NCBI RefSeq assembly: GCF_001194135.2
Contig: NC_068984.1
Location: forward strand, 118,454,465 to 118,518,464
Direction of reading: 5' to 3'
DNA: 64,000 bases
From: Octopus bimaculoides
Lineage: Eukaryota
Positions 63,194 through 64,000 of the stretch are shown here, piece after piece (positions within the stretch are counted from its first letter, which is position 1; each line of letters starts with the position of its first letter). The notes beneath the pieces were generated by a model. That model did no database searches. It had not been told where the DNA came from and was given only the letters and a program-made list of their open reading frames with translations. A program made the position numbers and the translations under genes.

Positions 63194-64000
63194 GATTATC
63201 ACACCTTCCTTCCGAGCACTGCTGTAAACAGTAGAAGTGAGCTAGAATGTTAAAACTTAGTACACATGCACCGCAGAGGTCAAGGTCAATCTGTGTCAAG
63301 CAGCTTTACTCAGCATGCTTTAGCTTCGTTACTATGGCTACAATGTGGATACCTATTGATCAGACCTCATAAATGTGTGTGTGTGTGTGTGTGAGGGCAC
63401 ACATGTGAATGTTCATGTTTGAGTTTTATGTCCTTGGATGTATGTTGACATTTCCTGCTAACAAATTGTCTCTTAGCTGTGTGTTTTCAAAGATTAATGT
63501 TAAGCTCTCCTTTTCAAAGAACATCTGACTGCCAGACACTTCCAGTCATCTGTGTCAAGTGCTAGGTCCCAAGCTTCATCCCAGCTCTTGCATTACTCGC
63601 AAGGACTTCTTTCACTACTGTCAGGCTTTTCTTCTTCAGACATCCTTTCTTCCCAGGATCCTCTGGAGACCACTGGAGACATGGATGTAAAAGACGGAAA
63701 GGAGCAATCCTGATCCTCCTGCTGTCCAAAAAACTAACTTAGTATGAATGAGAACTCTGATCTTCTTAGTACATCCGGATTGTGACACAGTTTCTGTGCA
63801 AAATGAGATGAATCCCATACAAGTATCTTCACTAGGAGATGTTCAATCTCCTGTCTAGTGCTTGACAGTCATAGAGGAAATTAGAAAATGTGATGCTTGA
63901 GAACAACTGGATTTTGATCTTCATACTGATGTTGTGTGTTTTAGAGATTAAGAATCTCAAATTCAAAATATTGTGTATGAACAGGGACAGGTGACACTGA

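Noticed and set aside
63620-63760. Acceptor-like TTCTTCTTCAG near 63639 as possible arrestin exon 3
   Set aside because: No frame gives the expected P.SFEG..G..RY motif; exon 3 is probably outside the window.

Overview
AT-rich, repeat-dense animal genomic DNA with five N gaps. The SINE and microsatellite landscape resembles an octopod cephalopod (inference, not verified). One host gene is supported: an alpha-arrestin (arrestin-domain-containing, ARRDC/TXNIP-family) gene on the + strand. Its coding exons at 22955-23237 and 62518-62590 splice in frame across a 39,280-nt intron; the rest of the gene lies beyond the window. Almost everything else is transposon-derived: several tRNA-headed SINE families that swap heads and tails, RTE and CR1/L2-type LINE remnants, decayed Tc1/mariner elements, TTAA-flanked piggyBac-type MITEs, hAT-type MITEs, long foldback elements and microsatellites. 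All other listed ORFs look spurious or are dead transposon fragments. I found no clearly new protein-coding system. The best leads are RNA-level: a possible recursive splice site, a NAGNAG acceptor, uORFs, intronic inverted repeats as possible A-to-I editing substrates, and a modular SINE with a microsatellite hinge. Coordinates of degenerate repeats are approximate.
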